From an uncultured bacterium (GTDB taxonomy: Bacteria; UBP7; UBA6624): 27,526 bases of DNA. The position numbers and the translations under genes were made by a program. Below the pieces are notes generated by a model that made no database searches, had not been told where the DNA came from, and saw only the letters and a list, made by a program, of their open reading frames with translations. Shown here piece after piece: positions 1 to 10,201 of the stretch. Position 1 is the stretch's first letter; each line of letters opens with the position of its first letter. The stretch is taken from contig CAXGSM010000016.1 of the NCBI GenBank assembly GCA_964012435.1, positions 1 to 27,526 of the forward strand, read 5' to 3'.

Positions 1-1
1 T

Positions 2-784
2 TGCAGTTTAAAAAGTAGTGAAAACATCTCGCAGGAACATCTTTTACTATGGTCCGAAAAAACAATTGAGTCCCATTGTGAATCAGCAATAAATTTAACA
101 TCAATAGTACAAGGTGTTTTTGATCGAGTGTCTAAAGCAAAACCTTTTGAACTGGATGAATCAATGGTTCAGAACTGGATACTGGAAGGTTTTGAGGAAA
201 TGGGCATGACAACTGACCATCCACCTGTAGTTGCAGTTAATGGAAATGCTGGTGACCCCCATTACGCAACACCAAAAGAGGGAAGTGCAAAATTGGGAGA
301 AAATTTTGTGCTTCTTGTAGATTTATGGGCAACAAAAAAATCTGCCAACCCTGCATATGCCGATATAACATGGATGGCAAAACGAGGAAAAGTTGATAAG
401 GTTGTCGATAAAGGTTTTTATGCTGTTTTGGAGGCCAGAGATGCAGGGGTTCAAGCAATAAAGAGAGCCTTTTTGGAAAAAAGATCGATTCCCGGTTATG
501 AGGTTGACCAAGCTGTTAGGGGTGTGATTGAAAATCACGGATTTGGAGATGGTTTCATCCATAGAACAGGGCACAACCTGGGGCTTGAAAGCGCTCATGG
601 CGATGCTGCTCAACTAGACAGTTATGAAGCCAAGGACACACGGTTGCTGCTACCAGGCTGGGCAGGAACAATCGAACCTGGTGTTTATTATTCAGAATGG
701 GGCATACGGAGCGAAATCAACCTAATAATCAACCCAGATCCAATTATTACAACTGAACCGCAAAAAGATTGGTTTTTAGTTTAA
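2..784 (+). CDS. Xaa-Pro aminopeptidase, peptidase M24 family (5' truncated by window edge)
   Basis: Frame is open from position 2 (CSLKSSENISQEHLLLWSEKTIESH...), upstream of the ORF-track GTG at 128. M24 metal-site motifs: PHY, LVDLW...YADITW, HRTGHNLG, TIEPGVY, GIRSE. Confidence 0.88.
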   Translation, partial: CSLKSSENISQEHLLLWSEKTIESHCESAINLTSIVQGVFDRVSKAKPFELDESMVQNWILEGFEEMGMTTDHPPVVAVNGNAGDPHYATPKEGSAKLGENFVLLVDLWATKKSANPAYADITWMAKRGKVDKVVDKGFYAVLEARDAGVQAIKRAFLEKRSIPGYEVDQAVRGVIENHGFGDGFIHRTGHNLGLESAHGDAAQLDSYEAKDTRLLLPGWAGTIEPGVYYSEWGIRSEINLIINPDPIITTEPQKDWFLV

Positions 785-815
785 TTTTTTATTTAAATTG
801 TTATGATAAATCTCA

Positions 816-1310
816 GTGGGTTCAGAAAATATTTTCGATAACTTAAAGCCTTTAAAGGATGAACTAGGACTTGGGAGAGAGTTGCTTGTGGAGGTTTGCA
901 AACAGCTGAAGATAAACTTCCTTGAACATACGATGGAAGATGATGATGACAGTGTGTCTATCGGGTTCTGGCCACGTCAAACAGTTCCTGTAGTTCTTGG
1001 CATCCACAAGGATGAGAATGGGGCTGTTGTGTTTAAAAGCGAGGCTCAATGCTTGCCATTCCCTCGAGACAAAAGAATCGCGTTTCTGAAAGATTCTTTG
1101 TCAATTGCGCATTCAAGTTTTTCAAACGTATCTGCTCCTGGAGATGGTTGGCTATATTCATGTGAAAACAAAGAGGCAGGTGAGCTAACGCTACAAGGCA
1201 TTATCGAATCAGTACAAAGGATTACAACCACTTCACTTTATTTGCAAAAAACACTTTCATCAAAATATGAAATCACGCCCCCAAACATCAAAGAAGATAG
1301 TTGGGAATGA
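816..1310 (+). CDS. Hypothetical protein, possible YbjN / type III secretion chaperone-like fold
   Basis: 164-aa acidic ORF; the pattern [16 protein letters not shown]...DGWLY...[13 protein letters not shown] resembles YbjN/CesT-like proteins; its TGA overlaps the hutU ATG (ATGA at 1307-1310). Confidence 0.6.
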   Translation: MGSENIFDNLKPLKDELGLGRELLVEVCKQLKINFLEHTMEDDDDSVSIGFWPRQTVPVVLGIHKDENGAVVFKSEAQCLPFPRDKRIAFLKDSLSIAHSSFSNVSAPGDGWLYSCENKEAGELTLQGIIESVQRITTTSLYLQKTLSSKYEITPPNIKEDSWE

Positions 1311-3034
1311 ATTTTTTTCAAGCCGACAAGTTTAACGAAGAATCCCTTTATGGCAGACCTATGTTTATGGGTGACAGGCCGGCTAATCCACCCAAGGCTC
1401 CAACCGGAAGTTCAAAAACTTGTAAAAATTGGGATATTGAAGCTGCTTACAGGATGCTTCAAAATAATCTTGATCCGAGAGTAGCTATAGATTGGGAAAA
1501 ATTAATAGTGTATGGTGGTTCAGGAAGGGCGGCTAGAAACTGGAAGGAATATGCTCGGATACTTGAAACCCTAAAAAGATTGCAACCGGACGAAACACTC
1601 TGTGTTCAAAGTGGCAAAGCAGTTTACGTAGGAAAAACACATGAAGATGCGCCTAGGGTGATTATTGCGAATAGCAATTTGGTTCCGAACTGGGCTAATG
1701 ATGAGCATTTCAATGAACTTGATAGAAAGGGTTTGTTTATGTATGGTCAAATGACTGCTGGGTCATGGATATATATTGGCACACAGGGAATCCTGCAAGG
1801 AACATATCAAACATTTGTTGCCCTTGCTGAAAAAGAATATGGAACTACCGATTTAACCAACAGGTGGATACTCACAGGTGGAGTTGGTGGAATGAGTGGC
1901 GCACAACCTTTAGCGGGTGCAATGGCTGGGGCGTGCATTTTGTGTGTTGAAGTCTTGAAAGAAAGAATTCAAAAAAAGGTTGATCAAGGTTTTTGTGACA
2001 AGATAACAGATAATCTTGAAGAGGCTTTAAAGTGGAAAGATGAAGCTATATTAAAAGGCAAGGGTTTGTCCATTGGGCTTGTCGGCAATATTGCTACAGT
2101 TGCTGCAGAACTGCTTAAACGAGATGAAATCCCAGACATAGTTACAGACCAAACATCAGCTCACAATCTGTTGTCATATTGGCCAGAAGGAGATATGGGT
2201 GATTTGAACAGGCTCAGAACGTCTAATCCACAAGAGTATGCAAAAAAATCACAAGAAACCATACTGAAACATGTAGATGCAATCATAGGCATGCAGAAAA
2301 GAGGATCAATTGCTTTTGATTATGGCAACGCTCTCAGGGATCAAGCATATCTTGCTGGATTAACTGAAGTAAAAAACAAAAACGAATACATTTATCCTGG
2401 CTTTTTGCCAGCCTATATTAGACCTCTTTTTTCCAAAGGCATGGGTCCTTTCAGATGGGCAGCATTATCTGGGAACAAAGAGGACATACGAAAAACCGAC
2501 AAAAGGATGCTGGAGCTATTTCCGGATGATAAATTTTTAGCACAATGGATTGAATTAGCCCAAACAAGAGTGCCATTTGAGGGTATGCCTACAAGAATTT
2601 GCTGGCTTAAATATGGAGACCGTGCTAAAGCAGGTTTAGCAATGAATGACATGGTTAAAAACAAAACCCTTGACGCCCCTATTGTTATAGGTAGAGATCA
2701 TCTGGATACCGGTTCAGTTGCAAGCCCCAGCAGGGAAACAGAAGCAATGGCTGATGGTTCAGATGCTGTTGCAGATTGGCCATTATTGAATTTTGCACTA
2801 AATGCTGCATCTGGCGCTTCGTGGGTGTCTTTTCACAGCGGAGGCGGAGTTGGAACAGGCATGTCCATGCATGCAGGAATGGTAGTTGTTGCTGATGGAA
2901 CCAAGTCTAAAGAAAAAAGATTGAACAGGGTCTTGACTAATGATCCTGGAATTGGCGTTGCAAGGCATGCAGATGCAGGTTACGAAGACGCTATACAAAA
3001 TGCTTCTGATATGAATATCGACTTAGCTAACTAA
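1307..3034 (+). CDS. hutU: Urocanate hydratase
   Basis: Hallmark motifs [77 protein letters not shown]. Start placed at ATG 1307 (ATGA overlap) rather than TTG 1301. Confidence 0.97.
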   Translation: MNFFQADKFNEESLYGRPMFMGDRPANPPKAPTGSSKTCKNWDIEAAYRMLQNNLDPRVAIDWEKLIVYGGSGRAARNWKEYARILETLKRLQPDETLCVQSGKAVYVGKTHEDAPRVIIANSNLVPNWANDEHFNELDRKGLFMYGQMTAGSWIYIGTQGILQGTYQTFVALAEKEYGTTDLTNRWILTGGVGGMSGAQPLAGAMAGACILCVEVLKERIQKKVDQGFCDKITDNLEEALKWKDEAILKGKGLSIGLVGNIATVAAELLKRDEIPDIVTDQTSAHNLLSYWPEGDMGDLNRLRTSNPQEYAKKSQETILKHVDAIIGMQKRGSIAFDYGNALRDQAYLAGLTEVKNKNEYIYPGFLPAYIRPLFSKGMGPFRWAALSGNKEDIRKTDKRMLELFPDDKFLAQWIELAQTRVPFEGMPTRICWLKYGDRAKAGLAMNDMVKNKTLDAPIVIGRDHLDTGSVASPSRETEAMADGSDAVADWPLLNFALNAASGASWVSFHSGGGVGTGMSMHAGMVVVADGTKSKEKRLNRVLTNDPGIGVARHADAGYEDAIQNASDMNIDLAN

Positions 3035-4529
3035 AAATCGACTTATATTTCTTTCTCAAATAATTCAAGAATGGCTCTTCACTTGGTGGTGTGCCTGTCA
3101 CTTTTTCAATCAATTGTTCAGTTCTGTAAATTGAACCTCTTGAATGAATGTTTTTTCGTGACCATTTCAAGGCTGGAGAACAATCACCTTTGGCCATATC
3201 ATCTTTCCAGCTTGGAACATCCTTGGAAAGTTTTTCTGTGAATTGAGCTGAATACAACCGTCCAAGAGCATAAGTCGGGAAGTACCCAAAACCACCCATA
3301 GACCAATGGACATCCTGCAACACGCCTAAAGTGTTGTTGGGTGGAGTTACACCGATAAGCTCTTGCATCTTTTGATTCCAGGCGTCAGGCAAATCGTCTA
3401 CGGATAAGTTGCCTCTAAAAATGTCCCTTTCGATTTCAAATCGCAAAATAACATGAAGCGGATATGTAACCTCGTCTGCTTCAACCCTGATTAATGATCT
3501 TGAAACTTTATTTGTCCTTCTGACGATCTGCGCATGTGTGACCGAATCTGCCCTACCTGGGAAATGCTCTTTGAAAAAAGGAAGCACATATTCCCAAAAT
3601 TCTGGACTTTGACCAACAATTGATTCCCAGAACAAGGATTGGCTTTCGTGAATACCTAGTGAAACAGACTCGCTCAATGGTGTTCCATACTCATCTTTTC
3701 CCGAAGGCAAACCTTGTTCATAAAGTCCATGCCCGGTTTCATGCAATGACCCAAAAAAAGAATCAAAAGGATTTTCAAGATTGTATCTTGTTGTAAGCCT
3801 TATGTCCCCTGGGCCAGCACCAGAACAAAATGGATGCACTGCAGTGTCGATCCTGCCTGCATCAAAATCAAAACCAATGTGCTTGGCGCCCCATTCACAG
3901 AATTTTTTCTGCTCTTCTTGTGAATAATGGCCTGCAACAGGATCGTCTTCAATCTCGCCTTGCCAATCAAGGATTTCTTCTAACAAAGGGGTTAATTTGT
4001 TTTTTAAATTCGTAAATAATGCATCGATGCCTTGAACATTCATGCCGGCTTGATACATGTCCAAAAGCGCATCATAGGATTCAGTTGTGTAGCCAATGCA
4101 TTCTGCTCGCTCTTTGCTGAGATCAATCAGCTCCTTCAGGTCATCTCTAAAAATAGAAAAATCATTCTTCTCCCTAGCAGACTTCCAGGATTCGTGCCCT
4201 TTGACTGAGGCTAGTGCTGCTCTCTGCACCAAGTCAGCCGGTATCTTGGTTGAAAGATCCCAGCCTCTCTGCCATTCTCTCAAACAAGCTTTTTCCTTTT
4301 CGTTCCAATCACCAGAAAGAGTTGCCTCCAAAGCTTCTCCGACTTCTGGATTGGTTGCATTTTTATGTCTTTGCTGCGCGAGCCAGGACATCATTCTGCC
4401 CCTGTTCTCTAAACCTTTTGGAGGCATGTTGACCTCCTGATCCCAGCTCACAATTGCACTTACGTCACCGATTGCATGAGAGTCTTCTGATATTTTTTTT
4501 AATTTGGAAAAAGCTTTTTTTGGATTCAT
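3027..4529 (-). CDS. Carboxypeptidase, M32 (Taq) family
   Basis: [26 protein letters not shown] (HEXXH), [26 protein letters not shown] motifs. ATG at 4529 chosen as start. Confidence 0.95.
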   Translation of the reverse strand: MNPKKAFSKLKKISEDSHAIGDVSAIVSWDQEVNMPPKGLENRGRMMSWLAQQRHKNATNPEVGEALEATLSGDWNEKEKACLREWQRGWDLSTKIPADLVQRAALASVKGHESWKSAREKNDFSIFRDDLKELIDLSKERAECIGYTTESYDALLDMYQAGMNVQGIDALFTNLKNKLTPLLEEILDWQGEIEDDPVAGHYSQEEQKKFCEWGAKHIGFDFDAGRIDTAVHPFCSGAGPGDIRLTTRYNLENPFDSFFGSLHETGHGLYEQGLPSGKDEYGTPLSESVSLGIHESQSLFWESIVGQSPEFWEYVLPFFKEHFPGRADSVTHAQIVRRTNKVSRSLIRVEADEVTYPLHVILRFEIERDIFRGNLSVDDLPDAWNQKMQELIGVTPPNNTLGVLQDVHWSMGGFGYFPTYALGRLYSAQFTEKLSKDVPSWKDDMAKGDCSPALKWSRKNIHSRGSIYRTEQLIEKVTGTPPSEEPFLNYLRKKYKSIFS

Positions 4530-4566
4530 AATCAAAAATTCTACAATGCGACAATATGATTCTTAT

Positions 4567-5757
4567 GTGGAATACCTACTAATAACAAATGGCAATGTAT
4601 GGGATGGTGAAAGGGTTTTAAATGGCCCTAACTCGATACATGTCAAAAATGGCCTGATCCATAATCACAATTCTGGCGAAAAGGCCAAACAATCATTATT
4701 AGATCATGCAGATATAGAACATATTGACCTTGGGACATCCTTCATTACGCCTGGCTTCATAGATGCGCACACCCATATTTTGCATGCGGGCGATCGACAA
4801 TTTGAAAAAGAAATGCGCAAACAGGGTGCCTCTTATCTCGATATCCTGAAAGCAGGTGGAGGGATTAAGCATACAGTTCAAAAAACCTGTGAATCATCAA
4901 ACAAACATTTAAAGAAACTCATGGATGAAAGGTTTTCGAAAATGCAAGCGACTGGCACAACAACAATAGAGGTAAAAACCGGCTATGGCTTATCTAAAAA
5001 TGATGAATTAAACCATTTAAGGCTATATGCGGAATGGTCCAAAGAGAAGAAAGCGCGAATAGTCCCAACATTGCTAATGGCACATACAGTTCCAGATAAA
5101 AAAAACAGAAAGGAATACCTTGAAGAGGTTGTGGAGACTGCTAAAATCGCACGACAAGAAAATCTGACAAGTAGATTTGATGTCTTTTTGGAGAGCGGCG
5201 CGTTTTCTCAGAAGGAAACCGAATTCCTTCTCTCTCATGCCTGCTCGCTTGGCTATCAAATAACATTGCATGCGGGTCAATTTTCAGAAATGAATGGAGT
5301 TGACATTGCAGTCAGGCATGGAGCATCATCAATTGACCATGCTGAACATTTGAAAACTGGAGATGTGAAAAAGCTATCTGAAAGTGGGATTGCGGTTGGG
5401 ATTTTACCCATGTGCAACATTGAACTTGACACCAATATTCAACCAGATGCAAGATTTTTAATTGATTCTGGTGTTGAGGTGTTTTTGGCAACAGACCTAA
5501 ATGCAGGTTCATCTTTCTGCACATCCCTGTTAGACGTTGGAAGGCTAGCCTTGCGGGATTTGAAGATGACAAATGAAGAAATTTTGAAATCAGTCACATC
5601 TGTTCCTGCCAAAACTATAGGTTTGAAAAAAATTGGAAAAATTAAAAAGGGTTACATTGCCGACCTGGGTGTATGGAAAAACAATATTGATAAATTTTTT
5701 GAAAAAAACAACAAACTTGAGATATTGTTTGTTGAAGGTAATAAGGTGGTAAACTAA
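4567..5757 (+). CDS. hutI: Imidazolonepropionase
   Basis: PGFIDAHTH, GASYLDILKAGGGIKHTV, GTTTIEVKTGYGL, HAGQF, ATDLNAGSS amidohydrolase motifs. Start uncertain (GTG 4567 or ATG 4546); the ORF-track TTG 4504 would overlap the divergent M32 gene. Confidence 0.92.
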   Translation: MEYLLITNGNVWDGERVLNGPNSIHVKNGLIHNHNSGEKAKQSLLDHADIEHIDLGTSFITPGFIDAHTHILHAGDRQFEKEMRKQGASYLDILKAGGGIKHTVQKTCESSNKHLKKLMDERFSKMQATGTTTIEVKTGYGLSKNDELNHLRLYAEWSKEKKARIVPTLLMAHTVPDKKNRKEYLEEVVETAKIARQENLTSRFDVFLESGAFSQKETEFLLSHACSLGYQITLHAGQFSEMNGVDIAVRHGASSIDHAEHLKTGDVKKLSESGIAVGILPMCNIELDTNIQPDARFLIDSGVEVFLATDLNAGSSFCTSLLDVGRLALRDLKMTNEEILKSVTSVPAKTIGLKKIGKIKKGYIADLGVWKNNIDKFFEKNNKLEILFVEGNKVVN

Positions 5758-5762
5758 ATATT

Positions 5763-7136
5763 ATGAAAAAAATTATTCAACTTTTGTCAATTTTAATTCT
5801 CGCAATATCCGCATGTGGCGGTAGTGGTGGTTCAAGTGTTACACATCCAGTTGGATACACTGGGCCGGATTCCAGCGTTGAACCATTGCTGCAAACCCCT
5901 AGCATCTATTCAGAAACGCATTATGTTTATGATTTTCAAGGAGAGAATTACCTCTTATCCTGTAATTCAAGTGGGATAGGTTCAGGGCAGCTTGAAATTT
6001 ACAAAGAAGCTGGTGGGCAGTTTGATCCAAGTGAAAAAATGACAATTGGCGGGGGGGTTGGATGTAGCGGGGTGACTTCAATCATCGATTCAAACAACTC
6101 TGTAAATGCATCTCCAAATACTGGTATTCTTCACATCTTTGCTGCAGAGTTGGTTTCTTCAGTAAACTACACTACATATTGGTGCTGGGATGGACAATGG
6201 GTTGCTGGTGATGCTGTGGAAAACCATAGTGCTGAAAACGCTTGTGGAAGCTACCTAAACAAAGCACCTAGCGGAGGTTCTCCTTCTGTCACGATCGACA
6301 CAAGTTCAAATGAGCTTTTACTTGCGTATCAATTAAATTGGTGGGATTTATCTAATCCTTCCAACATGGACCTTGAATTCATGAGTTACCCTTTAACAAA
6401 TTTAACTACTACTGCCTATGATGTTAACGACTGGAGCAATCCAGCATCCATCGATGGGGCAACAGCAGGTTTTTCTGCAGTAGGAACATCTCCTGTGATA
6501 AAAATCGCTGGAGGAAGCATTGTAATAATTGCTCGAGCAGATAATGCAGGCTTGGGTTTAAAGCTTTATCATTGCCTGCTCACAAGCGATTGCAGTCAGG
6601 CCTCAAACTGGGCTGGAGGCAGTCAATTTATGGCAACAAACATTACTGATACATTTGATTTTGATATCAATCCATCTACAGGATATCTAACACTGGTATA
6701 CCAAAGCGATTCAGGTGGAGCCCTCCATCCAAATGCAATTGTTTATAGGGAGTGGTCAATTTCAACACCTTTAACGGCTGGGCCAGAAAAGCTAATTGCA
6801 ATGGCTTATGACCCTATTGGGCTTGCTGCTGCAAAAATATCCCTGGGGATAGAGCCAAGTGGCAAAAAACATGTTTTTTGGTGGGAGCACCAAGCTCCTT
6901 TTGACTTTGTCTTGAATCACAGATTTGAAAAAGGTAACCTATGGGATGGTGATATTGCTATGGGCTGGGATGGCTCTAGCATAACTGACATTCCAACTAG
7001 GATGAACCCTGTTTTTGACAACACCCTTTCACCGCATGGTGATAGGTGTTTCAGTGTTGCATATTCGATGTGGGATAATGCTGCCCAATCTTCTCCGCAA
7101 GTATTGATGCATTCAAAAAGGTGTCCAGTATATTAA
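5763..7136 (+). CDS. Secreted lipoprotein, probable beta-propeller-like fold, function unknown
   Basis: Signal peptide II MKKIIQLLSILILAISA|C followed by a GGSGGSS linker; S/G/T/W-rich beta-strand body; eight further Cys. Confidence 0.75.
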   Translation: MKKIIQLLSILILAISACGGSGGSSVTHPVGYTGPDSSVEPLLQTPSIYSETHYVYDFQGENYLLSCNSSGIGSGQLEIYKEAGGQFDPSEKMTIGGGVGCSGVTSIIDSNNSVNASPNTGILHIFAAELVSSVNYTTYWCWDGQWVAGDAVENHSAENACGSYLNKAPSGGSPSVTIDTSSNELLLAYQLNWWDLSNPSNMDLEFMSYPLTNLTTTAYDVNDWSNPASIDGATAGFSAVGTSPVIKIAGGSIVIIARADNAGLGLKLYHCLLTSDCSQASNWAGGSQFMATNITDTFDFDINPSTGYLTLVYQSDSGGALHPNAIVYREWSISTPLTAGPEKLIAMAYDPIGLAAAKISLGIEPSGKKHVFWWEHQAPFDFVLNHRFEKGNLWDGDIAMGWDGSSITDIPTRMNPVFDNTLSPHGDRCFSVAYSMWDNAAQSSPQVLMHSKRCPVY

Positions 7137-7168
7137 ATAGAAAATCTGTATCCAAACTTAACTTTTTC

Positions 7169-7197
7169 AGAAACAAAACCATGAACGGACAGGTATA
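7169..7197 (+). promoter_or_regulatory. Putative ECF-type autoregulatory promoter (AGAAAC-N17-GGTATA)
   Basis: Lies directly upstream of the ECF sigma gene and resembles SigW-like TGAAAC-N16/17-CGTA promoters. Confidence 0.4.
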
Positions 7198-7211
7198 AGA
7201 TGGAGCCTGGT

Positions 7212-7790
7212 ATGGCTTTAAAGGAATATACGGATGAAAAGCTGATGGAATTAGTTGCAAAAAATAATCATGATGCCTTGAATGAGCTTGTTGAAAGATA
7301 CCAGGGTCCACTCTTTAACTTTTTGAGCATATACATCAAAGACCCAGCTACAGCGGAAGGGGCTGCGGCGGAATCATTTTTCAGGGTGTGGAAATATGCT
7401 AAAAAATTTAACACAAAACAAAAGTTCAAAACATGGCTTTTCACAATAGCCAGAAACCAGGGCAACACATTGCTCACCTCACAGAACAAAAGACCAGGGT
7501 CTATTGAGGGCTTGTTTGACACCGGCGATTCAGAAAGCAATGCCTTTGATCCAAGTGACCCCAGGGAATCCAATCCCGAACAATTGTTAAACCAACAAAA
7601 CCAAGCTGAAAGGATTGGGATCACATTGATGAAACTGCCTGTCAATCTCCGAGAGGCTTTGATGCTTGCCGTTCAACCAGAGTTAAGCTATTCAGATGTG
7701 GCGGAAATATTGGGTTGCTCTATTGTTGCAGTGAAGATGAGAATACATAAAGCGAGATTAAAATTTAAACAATATATGGATAATAAATAA
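7212..7790 (+). CDS. ECF RNA polymerase sigma-70 factor (RpoE/SigW-like)
   Basis: Region 2 (LVERYQGPLFNF...ATAEGAAAESFFRVWK...FKTWLFTIARN) and region 4 HTH (LSYSDVAEILGCSIVAVKMRIHKAR). GGAG at 7202-7205 supports ATG 7212. Confidence 0.93.
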   Translation: MALKEYTDEKLMELVAKNNHDALNELVERYQGPLFNFLSIYIKDPATAEGAAAESFFRVWKYAKKFNTKQKFKTWLFTIARNQGNTLLTSQNKRPGSIEGLFDTGDSESNAFDPSDPRESNPEQLLNQQNQAERIGITLMKLPVNLREALMLAVQPELSYSDVAEILGCSIVAVKMRIHKARLKFKQYMDNK

Positions 7791-8225
7791 ATGATGTTTT
7801 TTTCAGAAAATAGAAATAAAGCTTTCCTTGACGAGGTAAAGAAAGGTCTCCAGGGCCAAAAAAAGCCTGCAAGGGTCAAGGAGATCCTGTGTGACCTGAT
7901 TGAAAACGACAAGCCGAAAATCCCGGAACTATCTGGTATGGCAAAAAATTCTAAAATTGACATTTTTGACATGGTGAATCAAAAAATAAAAACTCAACAA
8001 AGAAAATCGGCAATCAACTCCTTTGCTGGTGTGTCTTTTTCCACATTAGCAATATGCTTAATATCGGTTTCTTATTTTGGATGGGGCTATGTGCGAGATA
8101 CTTTTCGAAATGATGCTGATGTAGTGAATAGCCTAAACAGGGTTGAACAAGCATCACAAACAGGTTTGAGCGGTGGTGTTGCGGACTTCAATACATTATT
8201 ACTTGAAGATCCTTTTTTAACTTAG
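7791..8225 (+). CDS. Putative membrane-anchored anti-sigma factor
   Basis: Starts immediately after the sigma stop codon (TAAATG); basic cytoplasmic N-terminus, single TM helix (FAGVSFSTLAICLISVSYFGWGYV), short C-terminal tail. Confidence 0.6.
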   Translation: MMFFSENRNKAFLDEVKKGLQGQKKPARVKEILCDLIENDKPKIPELSGMAKNSKIDIFDMVNQKIKTQQRKSAINSFAGVSFSTLAICLISVSYFGWGYVRDTFRNDADVVNSLNRVEQASQTGLSGGVADFNTLLLEDPFLT

Positions 8226-9176
8226 ATGATTGGACTTCTTCTAATTCTGCTAAATACATTTCAGGTTGAAAATTCCTTTTATGGCGAAATAAACTTTTAC
8301 AAAAAGAATCAAAAAACAACACTTGAAAAAAATGAGCTTCGCTACTTTGCAAAAAAAAACTCCATTCGTTTGGAGGAGGAGGAGGGTGAATTTTTCCTAC
8401 TTGGAGAGAGTGATAATGTATATGTTTTACAAGACATAAATACAAATATTTTTTTCGAAAAAGCCCTATTCCCCGGAAACAAAGAGATCTTCAACATCTT
8501 AAAGCCTGGATACGTATGGGACAAAGTATCAGCAATACCTCCAGATAGTGATCAGTGGGTGAAAAAGGAAGACGTTTTTAACGATGTTGAAATTGTTACA
8601 ATTTCAAATTCTGATACATATTTTGAAGAGCAGGGTTTCAAGACAACCTATTGGTTACACAGAGAGTATAAGCTGCCAATAAGAAGAGAAAGGGTTGTGC
8701 TCAATGAAGGTTATCCACTGACTGATATTATTGAAATCAGCATTAACAAAGAAGAACTGAGTGATGACTTATTCATGGCTCCCGAAGGTAATAAAAATTA
8801 TAAAATTACGGCAAGAAATACAAAGAAAGATTTTTTTCTCCCTGAGGAAATACTGGGTATCGGAAAGCAAAAAACATTTTACTTAAATACCCACAAGCTC
8901 GAAGAGGAGGAAACAAAAGGCGTCTTCACGAGCTACCTTTCAGAAGAGAAAGATACTTATATTTATATGGTTTACTTCCAGCAGGATTTAAAAAATGAAA
9001 ATTTTAAAATAATTAAAAAATCTTTTGATCTTGATTTGGATGGGTGGCTAATGGATTTGCCGGAAATAACGGATGGCTGGAATTTGAAAATATTATCTAA
9101 TTATCCAAAGCCGATACTCAGGCAGCATCTTAAAACATTAGCATTGGAAAATCAGCTATCAGGTTCAGGTGCATAA
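8226..9176 (+). CDS. Exported protein, LolA/RseB(MucB)-like
   Basis: Hydrophobic N-terminus; YWLHREYKLPIRRE...ISINKEELSDDLFMAPEG matches the end of LolA-fold domains; third gene of the sigma/anti-sigma unit (TAGATG junction). Confidence 0.55.
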   Translation: MIGLLLILLNTFQVENSFYGEINFYKKNQKTTLEKNELRYFAKKNSIRLEEEEGEFFLLGESDNVYVLQDINTNIFFEKALFPGNKEIFNILKPGYVWDKVSAIPPDSDQWVKKEDVFNDVEIVTISNSDTYFEEQGFKTTYWLHREYKLPIRRERVVLNEGYPLTDIIEISINKEELSDDLFMAPEGNKNYKITARNTKKDFFLPEEILGIGKQKTFYLNTHKLEEEETKGVFTSYLSEEKDTYIYMVYFQQDLKNENFKIIKKSFDLDLDGWLMDLPEITDGWNLKILSNYPKPILRQHLKTLALENQLSGSGA

Positions 9177-10201
9177 AGAACCGGAAGTTCTTCAAGTTCA
9201 AATTCACCCATTTTAAGAATAACAAAAAAATCACCTAGCATAGGATTGTTGATTCTCAAACCCAGTTTATCGCCCTCTGATTGCACATGTTTAATCACAT
9301 TGTTCTCATAAGCAAATTCATAAATCTGATTATTGAAAACATACAACAAGATGTTAGCGTTGGGGGAAGATTCGTCTGCCACTATCCCACCATAAACGTC
9401 TTCACTAATTATGAAAACATCCCCAACCCAACTAAAAGCAGATGGAGCATCATTTTTGGTACATGCAGAATTTGAAAAATCCACTCCCGCTTCGGAGGAG
9501 CATAAAAACCAGTTATTTCCATTCGAAAAAATAACATCATCACCTGAAATGTCAAAAGATACCTCGGGTCCATCCTCATCAAAAACACGTTGTGGCCTGG
9601 AGCCATTAATCTCTATAGAAGATAGGCCTATATTCATTCCTGATCTAACATTATGCAAAAGAAGAACGCCTTCTTCCCGTTCTGAAGCTTTCAAGTTCCA
9701 ACGTGTGGAGCTGCCATCGGTTAACCTTTTGTTGTCAAGGCCATTTAATGATTTGACGAATAAATTATGGGCCTTGCCTTCTTTTTTTCTAAAAATAATC
9801 GACTCCTGAACCAAGGTGACGTCTCCCTCAATATCTTTATTGGATGTGAACTCTACGGGCAATTTTCCTATTTCCCAAATCCAAATATCTCGATTTTTAG
9901 AATCAGCCGCCAAGACAACAAAGCTTCCATCTTCTGAAAAATCAATACTTTGTACATTTTTCCAATTGTCATGTCTGGCTATAGGCTGCCAACCTGTTTG
10001 CCCTTCATCGGCATTCAACTCATAGATAACAGTAATATTGATTGGCGTTCCGTCAGGCCCCCCTTTCCAATTAACAGCTGCCCTGATGTGTTGGCCTGTG
10101 TCAACGATGGACGAGGCTGTTACCTGCCATGGTATTGTTGGTTTGTAGCAACCAAAAAAACTTAAAAAACCAACCAATAAGAAAAATATTTTTTTATTCA
10201 T
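9152..10201 (-). CDS. Lipoprotein with TolB/WD40-like beta-propeller repeats
   Basis: Lipobox LSFFG|C; blade-like segments FSEDGSFVVLAAD...RDIWIWEI and NLFVKSLNGLDNKRLTDG. Confidence 0.7.
   Translation of the reverse strand: MNKKIFFLLVGFLSFFGCYKPTIPWQVTASSIVDTGQHIRAAVNWKGGPDGTPINITVIYELNADEGQTGWQPIARHDNWKNVQSIDFSEDGSFVVLAADSKNRDIWIWEIGKLPVEFTSNKDIEGDVTLVQESIIFRKKEGKAHNLFVKSLNGLDNKRLTDGSSTRWNLKASEREEGVLLLHNVRSGMNIGLSSIEINGSRPQRVFDEDGPEVSFDISGDDVIFSNGNNWFLCSSEAGVDFSNSACTKNDAPSAFSWVGDVFIISEDVYGGIVADESSPNANILLYVFNNQIYEFAYENNVIKHVQSEGDKLGLRINNPMLGDFFVILKMGEFELEELPVLYAPEPDS

Noticed and set aside
5269..5283. hutI HAGQF as an inactivating change from HAEQL/HADEI
   Set aside because: The metal-binding His and the +3 Gln/Glu are retained, as are the other metal ligands.
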